A DNA stretch of 64,000 bases from assembly GCA_043228905.1 (NCBI GenBank), contig JBHGNT010000001.1:16988001-17052000 (forward strand). Reading direction: 5' to 3'. Positions 48,112 to 60,703 of this stretch are shown here, in pieces. The DNA comes from Azolla caroliniana. Lineage: Eukaryota; Plantae; Polypodiophyta. The position numbers and the translations under genes are program-made. Each line of letters starts with the position of its first letter. Positions within the stretch are counted from its first letter, which is position 1. A model generated the notes under the pieces. That model ran no database searches and had not been told where the DNA came from. It worked only from the letters and a program-made list of their open reading frames with translations.

Positions 48112-51030
48112 TCATTCTTCCTCCAAAATATCGAGCAAACCCCGCTCGAAGGTGTCAAGTGGTGCCTCTTCCTCCAATTCCTGTTCCTTGCCTGCCTGGT
48201 CTCCGACCTCCGGTTGGGTTGGCTGTTCCGTAAAAATTTGTTGCTCCGGCTCTGCTTGATTCTGTGGTGCCGATGCTTCCTCACCGCTCTGTCCGGGTTC
48301 TTCCTGTTCTTCCTCCGTTCCAGGCTTTGTTCTGTTACCAGTGTCGCTTTCTCCGGTCTCGACTGGTCGGTTCGGTGCGCCTTCTTCCTCTGCTCCGGTG
48401 TTTTCCGGTCTCAGCTCTTCTTCTTCCCCGGCATCGGTCTGCACCTGCTCTTCTTGATTTTCTTGGAACGGAAGTTCTTCTTCGGGTATTCCTTGTCGGG
48501 GTTGTTCGGTGTCGGTTGGTTCAGCTTCAGCCGGTCGCTCTCCCTCACTTATAGTGATTGGCGTCGTTCTTCCCTCGGCTTCCTGTCGTAACCGGTCCTG
48601 CTCGTATTTCTCCAACTCCAACTGAGTTGCGAGATGCCCGTCATCCAACCTCTCTACCAACCCTCGGATTTCTTTGAGATGTTCTTCCGCTAAAGCGTAG
48701 AAATCCTCCGACAACTTTCGTTGATGCTTGCCTGAGCTCGGGTACTCCAACATGACATGATGAGCTTGATCCGGTCAACCCCCGCTTTAGCATGCGCATA
48801 AGCTTCTTTCTTTTCCTTCCTTGCCCGTTTTATAATGTCGGCCATTATCTGAGCCTGGGCTTCGTAATCCGCTTTCTGCTTTTCATAGGCACTTTGCAGT
48901 TTGTTGATCGTGAAGGTCGATCTTTCCTTTTCTTCATTCTTGATCTTGGTCAGATCCACCTTTTCCCGCCTTAGTGCCTCTAATTCCTTCCTTCTCTCCG
49001 TCACTTGGGTTATTTCCGCCGACAATGCTTCCTTTTTGGCACTTACCTCGTCCATTGTCTTAGCCAGGTCTAATCGGGTCTCTTTGAGCTGTTCTTTCAG
49101 CTTCTCTATTTGCCGGTCGTAGTCTGCTGCTCGTTTCTTGTTGTCCAACTCGGCCTGCTTGTGATCTCGGTAGAGTCGGTCGAAGTCCTCCATCTTCTGC
49201 TTCAGGCATCGGCTTACCTGAGCTCTTAACCAGTCGTCCCGGTCCTTCTGTTGTCGGAGTTCTTCCTGCAGTCGCTCTATCTCCTGCTCGGCCTGTCGAC
49301 GCAGTCGGTCCTTCTCCTTTTGCATCTTTTCTTTTTCTTCTTGTAGTCGGTCATTAGTGGCTCGGCCTTTCCAGAGGCCTTCTTCCATTCTTCGTCTGTC
49401 GTCCTCCACCGCTTCCCGCTGCTCCCTTTCTTTTTCCCTTAATGCCTCCTGAGCTTTTAACTCCTCTCGCAAGGTTTCTATTATTTTTTCGGTCTCAGGG
49501 CCGGTTTGCAAGGCTACCGGTTCCGGTTCCGGTTCTGATTGCTTCCTTGTTGTCCCAACCGGCTCGGTGACAACTTGTGCTTGTTGAATTCCTTCCCTCG
49601 CCTGCAACAGCTCCCCTTGCAACTCCTGGATCTGTGTTCGGAGCGCGACCAACTCCTGGGTTGTTGTATGCGTCAGGTGTTGCCTACACGTTTCTTCTTC
49701 CTCTAACTGGTCCGCTACTCCCGATACCTACTCCGAAAGCCATCTCAGCCATTGTGGCTTTGTGCTTCTTGTGTCGGAGTAGCATTGCTCACTTCTACTC
49801 CTTAACTCAGGCTGTTTTTCCGGCCTTTTCTCTGGCTCCGGCGCTTGTTCATTCCTCTTCTCTGGAATGACCGGTTCTCTGAAGTCCGGCAAAACCGGTT
49901 CCGGTACTGCTTCCCTAGGTGCGGGTTCCGGTACTGCTTCCGCCCCGGCTACTGGAGGTGGTCCTTGCGCCCTCTGCTGAGTTCTGTCAACTGGTGGAGC
50001 CGGTCCTCTCGCCCGTCTCTCCCGACCTTGTCTTGCTGGGAGTCTTACCAGTGGTTCGGATGAGTCTTCTGCTTCAGCTTCCTCCTCCGGTGCGGCTACC
50101 AGACGGACCTTTTGTATAAAGTCCTCTGGTTCCGGTTCCAGCCGTCGCAGCATTATATTGATTGGTTTGAGCGCTACCGGTTCTTCCTCGGCCGGTTTTC
50201 CTTTGCCTTTTCCTGCCGATTTTGCCTTTGTTGTCGGTTCCTATTGCTGTCGGGATGGTCCTTCCTCCCGTTGTTTTGCTTCTTCCTGGGTCCATCCAGG
50301 GGTGTGTTTCTCCAGGATCTGTCGGCGCTTTGTGACCTTTTTCGGCGTCGTCTCCTGCCGACCTCTTTTCTTTTGTTTGATGGGGAGCACCGGTGGGACT
50401 AACACCGTTAGCCATTGTGCTATCCCGGCCCATGGCTTTTTTCCTTCCACAAGGTTCTTGATGGCCTCCTTCAATCCTTCGGTTATGAAATGGAGCCAGT
50501 CCACTTGTAATCCTTCGTACGTTGCAATTAGGAACGCTGCCCGGTACCTGGCTATGGCCGGGGGACGAGAATTCACGAATCCGTATTCCATCATGGCACG
50601 GGCCACTTCTCCGAACAGCAGGTTCTCTCCGCCCTGTGTTCGGTACGCCTTGCTGCTGATGGAATACTCACCGAAATATTCGAACAGGATTTGACTTGAA
50701 GGGTTTTCGATCGTTTGAAGTCCTCCTGCTTTTATCCCCGTGAGCGCCTGCACCGCTCCTTCCGTGACTTCTGATAAATCAATCGATGCTGCCGCCTACT
50801 CCGGTTCTGCGTGTGGTGGAGCGTCGGCGATCCGCAGCAATCCTTCTAACCCATTCTCTATCATCCATTGGCGTGCCTCTTCCGACAGTGCCATTGGTTC
50901 GGATTCTTCTTCTGCTGTCTGTTGTTCGAGATCGGGATGTGTGTGCGCTGTGCGTCGGATCGCTCTTTTGTGCTTCTGCGCTTGTGTGTAGGAAAATTCG
51001 TAAAAAGTAAGTCCTTCGCAGGCCTGTGTC
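48112..51030 (-). pseudogene. 3' extra ORF of roughly 900-950 aa (N-terminal domain, long coiled coil, acidic tail), frameshifted
   Basis: ORFs 50796-51179, 50241-50753, 49728-50153, 48690-49652, 48112-48753. Confidence 0.8.
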
Positions 51031-51474
51031 TTATATAGTGGCTTTTGCCTCGAGCCGCCCTTTTTCGTCTCCCGCGCATGTCTATCTCCCGCCATAATTA
51101 GCATGTCCTTTCTTGGTTGCCGCGTGTGCATATCTCCTGTCATTATTAGCAATTCTTCTCTTGATTGCCGCGCATGCATAATACCTCATACGTCAGTGCC
51201 CACGTTCTACGCTTTAAATAGCAAGTACGCGCACGTCCTCCTTTACTTCATGGCGCCTCTTCATTGCATGGTGGCGCTCCCACCTCTTGTGATCTCCCCA
51301 TCATCATTACTTTGATTTTTTTTATTTTTCTTATTTTTTTTATTTTTTCTTTGTTTGGACCACGTCATTTTCCGGTCCCGCCCGATTTGTTCGGGTCGGT
51401 TCGCGCTGATACCGGAATCTCCTTCTGTCGGTTTTCCGAGATAGTCTTTGTCGGTATCGGTGTCGGTTCTTCCT

Positions 51475-53201
51475 AGGTCCGGATTTCTGCAGCAGCGTCT
51501 GTCGGTGTCGGTTCCTCATCGTGCCGGATTTCCGGGTCTTGCTTGAACGGGTTGGCTGGCATATTTCCCTTATACGGCTTTAGCCGAAACCCATTTGCCC
51601 ACTTACCGATGACTTCTCCAGACAACGTGTCGAGCTAATACGACCCATTGTACTCCTTGGTGATCCAGAACGGTCCGGTCCACCGAAACCGCAACTTTCC
51701 CGACATGTTCCCCATCCGTGTCTGGAACAGTAGCACCGGTTTTCCGACTTCGAACTCCTTTTCGTTGCCACGCCGGTGTCGGTCCACGAAAGCTTTTCTC
51801 CTCCTTTGCTCCAGTTCAAGTTGTAGTAAGCTGGCTATTCGGTTTTCTTCTAATTCCAACAACGTCGCCAGCCGGATTCGTTCGGACTCCTTCTCACTTA
51901 AGCACTCCTTTACCTGGATCCGTAAGCTTGGGATCTGGAACTCTACCGGCATGACCGCTTCTAAGCCGAATGTTAGTCGGAACGGGGTTGTCCGGATGCT
52001 AGTTTTGTACGTTGTTCGGTACACCCATAGCGCGCTCTGCAATTTCGTATCCCAGTCGGTCCGGTTCTCGTTGACGATTTTTCGTAGGATGTTCTGCAGA
52101 GTTTTGTTCATCGATTCCGCTAGTCCATTGGCTTGAGGGTAGTAGGGAGTACTCCTTTTATGTACCACCGCGTAAAATGACGTCAGGCTTTCTACTACCT
52201 GCCCGAGAAAGTGTCCTCCTTGGTCACTTATAAGCTCGATCGGGCATCCATACCGGCACCATATGCACTCGTACAGGAACTTTGCCGTGGATGCGGCCGT
52301 GTTGTCCCGTAAGGCCTTCGCTTCCACCCATTTGGTGCAATAGTCGGTCGCCACTATGACATACCGATTTCCGGTTCGCATTGCCGGTGGCTTGAAGGGA
52401 CCGACAAAGTCCAAACCCCACTTTTGAAACGGTTCCAATGGCAAGACCGGGTGGTGTGGCATCCGGGCCTGCTCCGTGGGTTGGCCCAGTCATTGACACA
52501 AATCGCATTCTCTGCTATACTTCACGGCATCTTTTAGGGTGGTGGGCCACCACAGTCCGCTCTGCCATATTTTCCGAGCGGTTGCGTCGCCGGCATAATG
52601 CCCGCCGGCAATTCCACAGTGGGCTTCCCTGAGGATTAGATCCTTCTCATCGCTCCGCACTGCTCGTCTCCAGATGCCATCTGCCCCCTTGTGATAGAGG
52701 GTGTCTCCAACCAAGCAGAAATGTCTGCTTCTTACTACTACCCTTTTCCTTTCATCGCGGTCCATGTTCTCCGGGGGTACTCCGGTGCTCAAGAACTGAT
52801 GCATCTCGGTTAGCCACTTGTCTTCATCGGCTACTGTTGCATCCGTTGCCGGTTCCGTCGTGATCCGGAACAACTTGGCGTCGGGGAACTCATCCTGTAC
52901 GTCGTCCCCTGCTTCTCCGGATTCGAGTCTGCTTAGGTGGTCCGCTACCGCATGCTGCGCCCCGGGTCGGTGGAAAATGTCGAATTCAAATTCCTGTAAC
53001 AGCAGTGTCCATCGTGCAATTTTTCCCGTCAGGGATGCCTTCGAGACCAGGTAGAGTAGTGCCGAATGGTCGACATGGAAGGAAAACTTCCTTCCGAGCA
53101 GATAGTGCCTGTACTTTGTGACACTATACACCATTCCTAATGCCTCGCGTTCCGTCGTAGAGTAGTTCCGTTCGGCTTTTGAGAGTTTCCGGCTTGCGTA
53201 G
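51475..53201 (-). pseudogene. Gypsy RNaseH end plus integrase
   Basis: ORFs 52490-53134 and 51635-52462: HHCC and DDE motifs (WGLDFVG, SDQGGHF, PQANGLAE). Confidence 0.95.
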
Positions 53202-53387
53202 TGTCGAATACAAGTGTATAATGGACGTATTCACACTATCCCTTTGTATAGATCAAGTTTGGGCCATTTGTGTAATTAGCATAAATGGTAGTTGCCCTAA
53301 GTCGGTCACTATATATAGTGACCTTGTAACCTCTTTGTAAGGTTGGTTGTATTATTGTTTCTATTTGAATAGAAAGAGTTTTTTGTG

Positions 53388-53431
<44 letters not shown>

Positions 53432-56400
53432 CACGATCTTGGAAACTGTCATACGCAGGTACTCAACAAGAATCGAATGCTATTTGATCTTCCGCATCGA
53501 CACGGCCTTTGTCTGCAACATCTGGTATCAGAGCCTGCACAGTATTCGGTCCTTCATCCCGCTGTCGGCCATCGTCTCAGCCTGCACAGCATTCGGTTTC
53601 GTGCGTCATTCGAAGAAGAGAGAAGAAGAAGAAAAACGAGGCTTGCATCTCATCGCGTTAGATCATCTTCGCTTGGAGTAAGCCAGCCGGTTGTACTCTG
53701 TTCCTTGTGATCGTAACCGCTCGAGGTGAAATCCCCTTGTGCAACATTGACACGATCGTGCTCCACTCGGTTAAACGGCATCCGAAGAGGTCATCAAACG
53801 CTGCTCGCCGCTCATTGTAACCACTCGGTGCAGATCGGTCTCAAGACAACAACCCAAATTCGTGCTTCATCCGGCTGATCGACATTCGGGAGGATCAGTT
53901 GGATCCGTCTCTCTCGTCGCTGCAGTCACCCGAAGCAGAATCGGTCCAGACAATCGGTTTCAATAATCGGTATTTGGCATATATATTCGGAAGCGAACCT
54001 GGCTCACTCCGACTCGGCAACATTCAGGAAGACCAGTCGGTTCTGTCCCTCAAGTTACCGGAGTCAATTCGAGCAAGTTCAACAATACATATATCCGAAG
54101 CCGAACCGACTCGGGTCCAAATCCGACTAGAACGATATCGGGTGAGCCAACCGGCTGCACTCCAACAAGGTTCGTAGTCAACTCCGAACCGAGCTTCGTC
54201 AACCGAAACCAAATTTGATGGCATCAACATCCGGCTCGTCAGAAATGAGTCTACGAAAGTTCGATGGATCGAACTTCAACTTCTGGAAGGAGCAAATGCA
54301 GGACTATCTCATAGTCAAGGGGCAAATCGATCCCATCGAAAATGAAGAACCTCCAGAAGGATACAAACCAATTGAGTGGCAGAAGCTGGACAGAATCGTC
54401 CGCGCCACGATTCGGATGCACCTATCGGAATCGGTATACTTTACGGTGCAATCGTGTACGACAGCATTTGAACTGTGGAAAACACTGTCGGACACTTACG
54501 AAAAGAAGGTCGCTGCAACAAAGATGTTTCTGATTCGGCGCCTCTACAACTTGCGGATGAAAGAATCAGATTCGGTTCAAGCACATCTCAATGAGTACGA
54601 AAGCATAAGCTCCCAAATCTCATCTCAGGGGACGGCAATCGAGGATGAACTCAGAGCAATGATACTCATGAGCAGCCTTCCCTCATCATGGGAAACTTTC
54701 GTCACAACCGTGTGCAACGCGTCAACCACGGTTGTTAAATACTCCGAAGTCACGAGCGCAATCCTGACCGAACCAGCTCGGAGAAAGTCTTTCGCCAAAG
54801 ACTCAACAGACGACGCTTATGTAGTACAAGGTTCGACAGACCGATCGAACATACGAGGAAGAGATTCCTCACGGCAGCCGAACAATCAGCGAAGACGGAG
54901 CCAGTCACGGGATAATCGAATCTACAACTATTGCAAGAAACCCGGACACATCAAAGCCGACTGCCGCGCACTCAAGAACAAGAATGACAAGTCTCAGAAA
55001 TCAGACAAGAAGGGTGGCCGGCATGAGGAGATCAATTACGTCAGCTTCTCAGCTGATGTGCTACCAAACGACCCGAATATACTATCAATCGAAAATCCAG
55101 TCGGATCAGAAGTTCTGCTCACGACTGAAGAATCGAGCACATGGCTCTTAGATTCGGGCGCGTCATTTCACGTGACTCCTCATCGATCCCAATTTCGGCA
55201 ATATACGACCCGTCACTCCGACTCAGTTCGAGTCGGCAACTCGCAACACTGTGACATCATTGGAATCGGCACAGTAGAGCTCAACCTTGCAGGTGGCTCT
55301 ACACTTGTACTTCACAATGTACGACATGTACCCGAGCTCTCAAGGCCATTGATCTCAGTCGGACAACTAGATGAAGACGGCATTCGTGCCGGTTTTTCTT
55401 CGGGAGGGTGGACACTCCACAGGGGGAACCTCCTGCTTGCTAGAGGACCCAAGATACACTCACTGTATCCGTTACATGTTACGCTCAGAGAGGGTAACCT
55501 GTTTTTTGTGGATATTCCTGTGTCATCACTATGGCACAGAAGATTAGGACACCTCAGCAAGGCCGGCATTACGCACCTATCTAGAGCCGGATACATCCCT
55601 AAACTCTCCTTCTCGGACCATCAATTCTGCGAACATTGCCAGTATGGCAAACAAGCAGCCGCATCACACCCGACATCAGCACCACGAGAAACGAGACCTC
55701 TCGATTTAGTCCACTCGGACGTCTGTGGCCCAATGCCGCATCAGTCTCTCGGCGGTGCCTCTTACTTCGTCAGTTTTATTGACGATTCGACTCGAAAGGT
55801 GTGGGCTTATCCAATTCGCACCAAAGATCGTGTCTTCTCGATCTTCTCCGATTGGCTCGCTATGGTAGAAAATCAAACTGACCGAAAACTGAAATGCTTT
55901 CGGACCGACAATGGGGGAGAGTTCAAATCAGAAGAATTCGTCAAATTCTGCCGACAACGCGGCATCCGACGTGAATTTACGGCACCACACAGTCCGGAGC
56001 AAAACGGGATTGCAGAACGAATGAATCGGACAATCCAAGAACGGATAGTTTCCATGCTCCAACACTCCGGACTGTCGGATGGCTTCTGGGCAGAGGCTCT
56101 ACTCACGGCAGTACACATAACCAATATGTCGCCAAGTAGACCTCTAGGACTTCAAATTCCTCAGGAACTATGGATCGGCAGTAAGCCGAATTACGACAAG
56201 CTGAGGATCTTCGGATGCGAGGCATACGCCCTTATTCCGAAAGATGATCGCCGAAAACTTGCACCTCGGTCCAGGAAATGCATTTTCCTTGGATATGGAT
56301 CAGACGGCGAAATGGGATACCGACTCTGGGACCCCGAAGTTCGGACGTTGTGTTCAACGAGTCGGCTATGAATCCATCAGTCGAAAAACCGATCGAAGTC

Positions 56401-58609
56401 CGAAGGGTAACATTTTCCGATGTGCCAACCCTTCAAGAAGGCCCCGCTCTTAACACACGGTCAGCTTCACGGGTAGCTGAACCTTACACCACCGACTCGG
56501 ACAACTCTGATTCGGCACAGCAGAATAATTCGCTTTCGGACCATCCGACCTCGATACCCGATGCGACCAGTCCAATCATACCTCGACGATCCGAGAGACT
56601 GTCGCAACCTCCGGAGAGGTATTCTCCTGGAATTTTCTTCACCGACGCCGGCGAACCGACGTCTTACGAAGAAGCATCGACATCTGTCGATTCAGCCACC
56701 TGGCATCTGGCGATGGAGTCGGAAATGCACTCCATTCGGGCAAACAAGACTTGGGATATGGTCGAACTACCTAAGAATCGACGTGCTCTTCCTTGCAAGT
56801 GGGTTTATCGACTAAAAGAGACGTCTGATTCGACCACCCCAAAGTACAAGGCCAGATTAGTTGCGAAGGGCTTCCCACAAGAATATGGCGTCGACTTCGA
56901 CGAGATTTTTTCACCAGTGGTGAAAATGACAACCCTTCGCTTTCTACTCGGCGTAGTGGCAGCCGACAACTTGGAGCTGATTCAGCTAGATGTCAAAACA
57001 GCCTTCCTCCATGGTGATCTTGAAGAGGAAATTTATATGGAGCAGCCAAAAGGCTTCGTGGCAACTGGCCAAGAACATCTAGTCTGCCGACTCAGGAAGA
57101 GTCTATACGGCCTCAAACAGGCACCGCGACAATGGTACAAGAAGTTCGACGACTTCATCCAATCGATCGGCTTCTCCAAAAGCGATGAGGACCATTGTCT
57201 TTTTACCAACACAGCTCAAGATGGATCACCCATCTTCCTCATCATTTACGTGGACGACATGCTAATTTCTGGACGCCACGCGGGCGAACTTGCCGATCTC
57301 ATTCGGCAACTGCGGTTGAAGTTTGCCATGAAGGACCTCGGTCCGGCACGACACATACTTGGCATGAAGATTAGTCGGCATCGCGATAGACGACATCTTT
57401 TTTTGTCTCAGACCGACTATATCGGACGTGTCTTGGAACGCTTCAACATGAAATCAGCCAAATCTGCTTCAACCCCGCTCCCCATGCATCTTCGGCTCTC
57501 TCAGCGAGACTGCCCGACATCCGGTCCGGAGGGGAAAAATATGAAGTCGGTACCGTATGCACCGGCAGTCGGCTCCCTTATGTACCTGATGGTCGCGACA
57601 CGGCCTGATATCTCTCATGCCGTAGGAGTCGTTAGCAGATTTATGCACAATCCTGGCCGATCGCATTGGAACGCAGTCAAGCATGTGTTCAAATATCTGG
57701 CTGGCACAAAAGATCACGACATTCTTTTTGGTCCGAACTCAACCTCAGGCGTAGTCGGTTACACCGACTCGGACTTCGCCGGCTGTATAGACAGTCGGAA
57801 ATCAACAACCGGATACTGCTTCAAATTCGGCAATGGAGCAATTTCGTGGAAGTCGAAACTTCAGGAGTGCACAGCGACCTCAACGACCGAAGCAGAATAT
57901 GTAGCTGCGTCCGACGCTGCAAAAGAAGCTTTGTGGCTCGGCCGGCTGGCGCACACGTTTCGGCAAGTCGACCATGACTCGGCTCCAGTTGTCTATAGCG
58001 ACAGTCAAGGTGCTGTTGCCTTGTCGAGAAATCCGGTTCACCACAACGCCTCCAAACATATCGACATTCGATATCACTTCGTTCGGGACTGCGTCATTTC
58101 AGGGAAAATCGGTCTAGAGAAAATATCCACAACCGACAATGTCGCAGATGGAATGACCAAGTGTCTTTCGGCAGACCGCTTTCGGTCCCTTCGGCATTAG
58201 ATGGGCGTAACGACAAACCAGTCCGGTTAGAGCCGGACACAGCGTAGGATGGTTTCAGACAACCGACATCAGTTCCCTAATGATCGGCTTCAACTCTTCC
58301 GACCCGACCAGTCCGGTCTTCTGCCTTCGGACCCTGCCGACTCGAACAAAACTGATATGTCCGAGAACCTAGGTTTATACCTGTAATCTTAGATAACCCA
58401 TGTATACGCCCATTACGGGGGAGTGTCGAATACAAGTGTATAATGGACGTATTCACACTATCCCTTTGTATAGATCAAGTTTGGGCCATTTGTGTAATTA
58501 GCATAAATGGTAGTTGCCCTAAGTCGGTCACTATATATAGTGACCTTGTAACCTCTTTGTAAGGTTGGTTGTATTATTGTTTCTATTTGAATAGAAAGAG
58601 TTTTTTGTG

Positions 58610-58646
<37 letters not shown>

Positions 58647-58734
58647 ACGATCTTGGAAACTGTCATACGCAGGTACTCAACAAGAATCGAATGCTATTTG
58701 ATCTTCCGCATCGACACGGCCTTTGTCTGCAACA
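53202..58734 (+). mobile_element. Copia-E LTR retrotransposon, very recent insertion
   Basis: LTRs 53202-53520 and 58424-58734 differ only in the (CT)n/(TG)n tract; TSD CGTAG; PBS 53523-53534; PPT before 58424. Confidence 0.97.
54215..58200 (+). pseudogene. Copia gag-pol polyprotein with one frameshift near 56340
   Basis: ORFs 54215-56371 (gag, WLLDSGAS, INT) and 56278-58200 (RT YVDD, RNaseH). Confidence 0.93.
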
Positions 58735-58739
58735 CGTAG

Positions 58740-60691
58740 TACACCGGCCGGTACCATTTCGGCTCCGTGAGTTGCATCAGAACGTTGCCGATTGCTACGT
58801 CCGACGCGTCGATGAAGACGTGAAAGCTTTTACTCCAATCCGGCGGTTGCACCACCGGAGCTTGCGACAGCATAACCTTCAGCGCTTGGTAGGCTTTCTC
58901 CTCCGTCTCCTCCCATAGGAAGGGTACCCTGTGTACTGCGGCATGCAATGGTGTAGCGAAGTCTGCGAGGTGCCGTATCATCCGGCTATGCCACCTTATT
59001 TGGCCCAGGAACCGACTTAAAGCCTTTGCGTTATTTGGTGCCGGTGCCTCGAGAATCGCCTTTACTTTATCCGGATCTACCGCGATTCCTTCCTTACTCA
59101 CCACGTGCCCTAGTAAGTTTCTGCTTGCCACTCCAAAGACGCACTTGGCCGGGTTCAGACTCAACTGGTACTCGCGGCACTTCTCTAAGCACAGCTAGAG
59201 GTGATCGAGATGCTCTCCGTGCCGGCTGTAGACCGCGAAATCGTCAAGGAAGACCTGCATAAAACCGGGGATATATTCCCCGAAAATTTCCATTATTATC
59301 CTTTGAAAGGTCGTTGGGGCCGTCTTTAGTCCAAACATCATCACGACCGCGACGAACACTCCCCATTCCGTAACGAACGTTGTTTTCTCCTGGTCGGCCG
59401 GGTTCATTCGTATTTGGTTGTAACCGCTAAATCCATCTAGGAAGCTATAAACTTCGTGGCCGGCTACCGCATCTAACACCCCGTCCGTAAATGGTAGTGG
59501 AAACGCATCGGTCACCGTTGCGGCATTTAGTTTCCGGTAGTCCACGCATACCCGGATTTTGCCATTCTTTTTCGGGACCACCACTATCGGACTCAGCCAG
59601 GTTGCCTGCTTGACCGGTCGGATAAATCCGACCCGGAGGAGCTTATCAATCTCCTCCTTCACCTTCGCCGCATAATTCGGATTCATTCGGTACCTATGTT
59701 GAGCAATCAGTTTCGCGTCCGTACTTAGGTGAATTTGGTGCTGATAGAGCTGGGGGTCCAGCCCTCGCATGTCTTCGTACGACCACGCGAACACATCCTT
59801 GAAGTCTATTAATAATGCTACCATTGCCTTCTTTTCTTCCTTCGGCAATTCCTTTGCGACATTTACCGGTCGGGGCTTGTCTGTTGTGCCGAGGTCCACC
59901 TCCTCTAGTTGGGATGCTTTTACCCTCTGGGATATCGTCATCTCCCTCTCTAGGGATTCCTGCGCTTGTCGCAATTCCCGGATCGCTGCTTGGTCCGGTT
60001 CGTCCAGCGTCGTGATGTACGGTTCTACTACCGCCGTGATATCCACCTCAAATAGTGGGACGATTCGTGGGTGTTCCTCGAGGTACCGATCGACTTCCTC
60101 ATCCGGTAATCCCTCCAACATGTTGATGCTTTCCGCATACAATGGAGTTGCTTCCTTACTGGCGATCACCCATGGTTGCGTCGCTACTCGTACCTTTGTT
60201 TTCCCTCGCCGGAATGTGATCATGTTCTTTTGCCAGTTCTGCTTGATATGCGTCGTTCGCAGCCATGGTCGTCCTAACAGTAGGGGGTACGCGCCTTGTA
60301 CATTCAGCTGCAGCACCACGGCCGATATCCGGAATACGTGGCCTCCGATTGTTACTTCCAAATCCCGGATAAGCCCGGTCGGTCGGACTGAGCTGGTATC
60401 CACCATGCGTAACCAGAAGGGGCATGGTTCCCATTCCCGGATGCCCAAGTTGTCGCATGTCCGTCGGCTGATGACATTTACCCCGGAGCCTCCGTCAATA
60501 ATTGTTCCGGCAATTTCCTTTCCTTTCACGATTGTCGTGATCGCCGGGCTACTTGTATCGACCACAGCTGGTCCTTCCTCCGGGTTGGAGAAGAATGTCG
60601 GTGCTGGTGTCGGCTTCGGTTTGCTCACGGATGCCTGTAAGTCTGCCGTAAACCGTGGCACCAACTGTAGTAGCCGTGCTAACGGCAGCAC
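58740..60691 (-). CDS. Gypsy protease-RT-RNaseH (one stop near 59195)
   Basis: IIDGGSGVNVI, LDGFSGYNQI, MQVFLDDF, VFIDASD. Confidence 0.93.
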
Positions 60692-60703
60692 GATTTGACA
60701 GTC

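Noticed and set aside
48112-48130. Purine-rich end of the extra ORF as the missing PPT
   Set aside because: About 50 nt from the LTR and explained by Glu/Asp codons; a PPT must abut the LTR to define its end.
48690-49652. Host myosin/SMC-like coiled-coil gene
   Set aside because: Lies between pol and the 3' LTR at the same position in several elements, so it is element-encoded.
51475-51640. Chromodomain at the integrase C-terminus
   Set aside because: The integrase ends in a short Pro/acidic tail with no chromodomain motif.
59769-60698. Long antisense ORFs (also 27183-27929, 41132-41845, 60952-61605)
   Set aside because: Shadows of gag-pol on the opposite strand, with no recognisable motifs.
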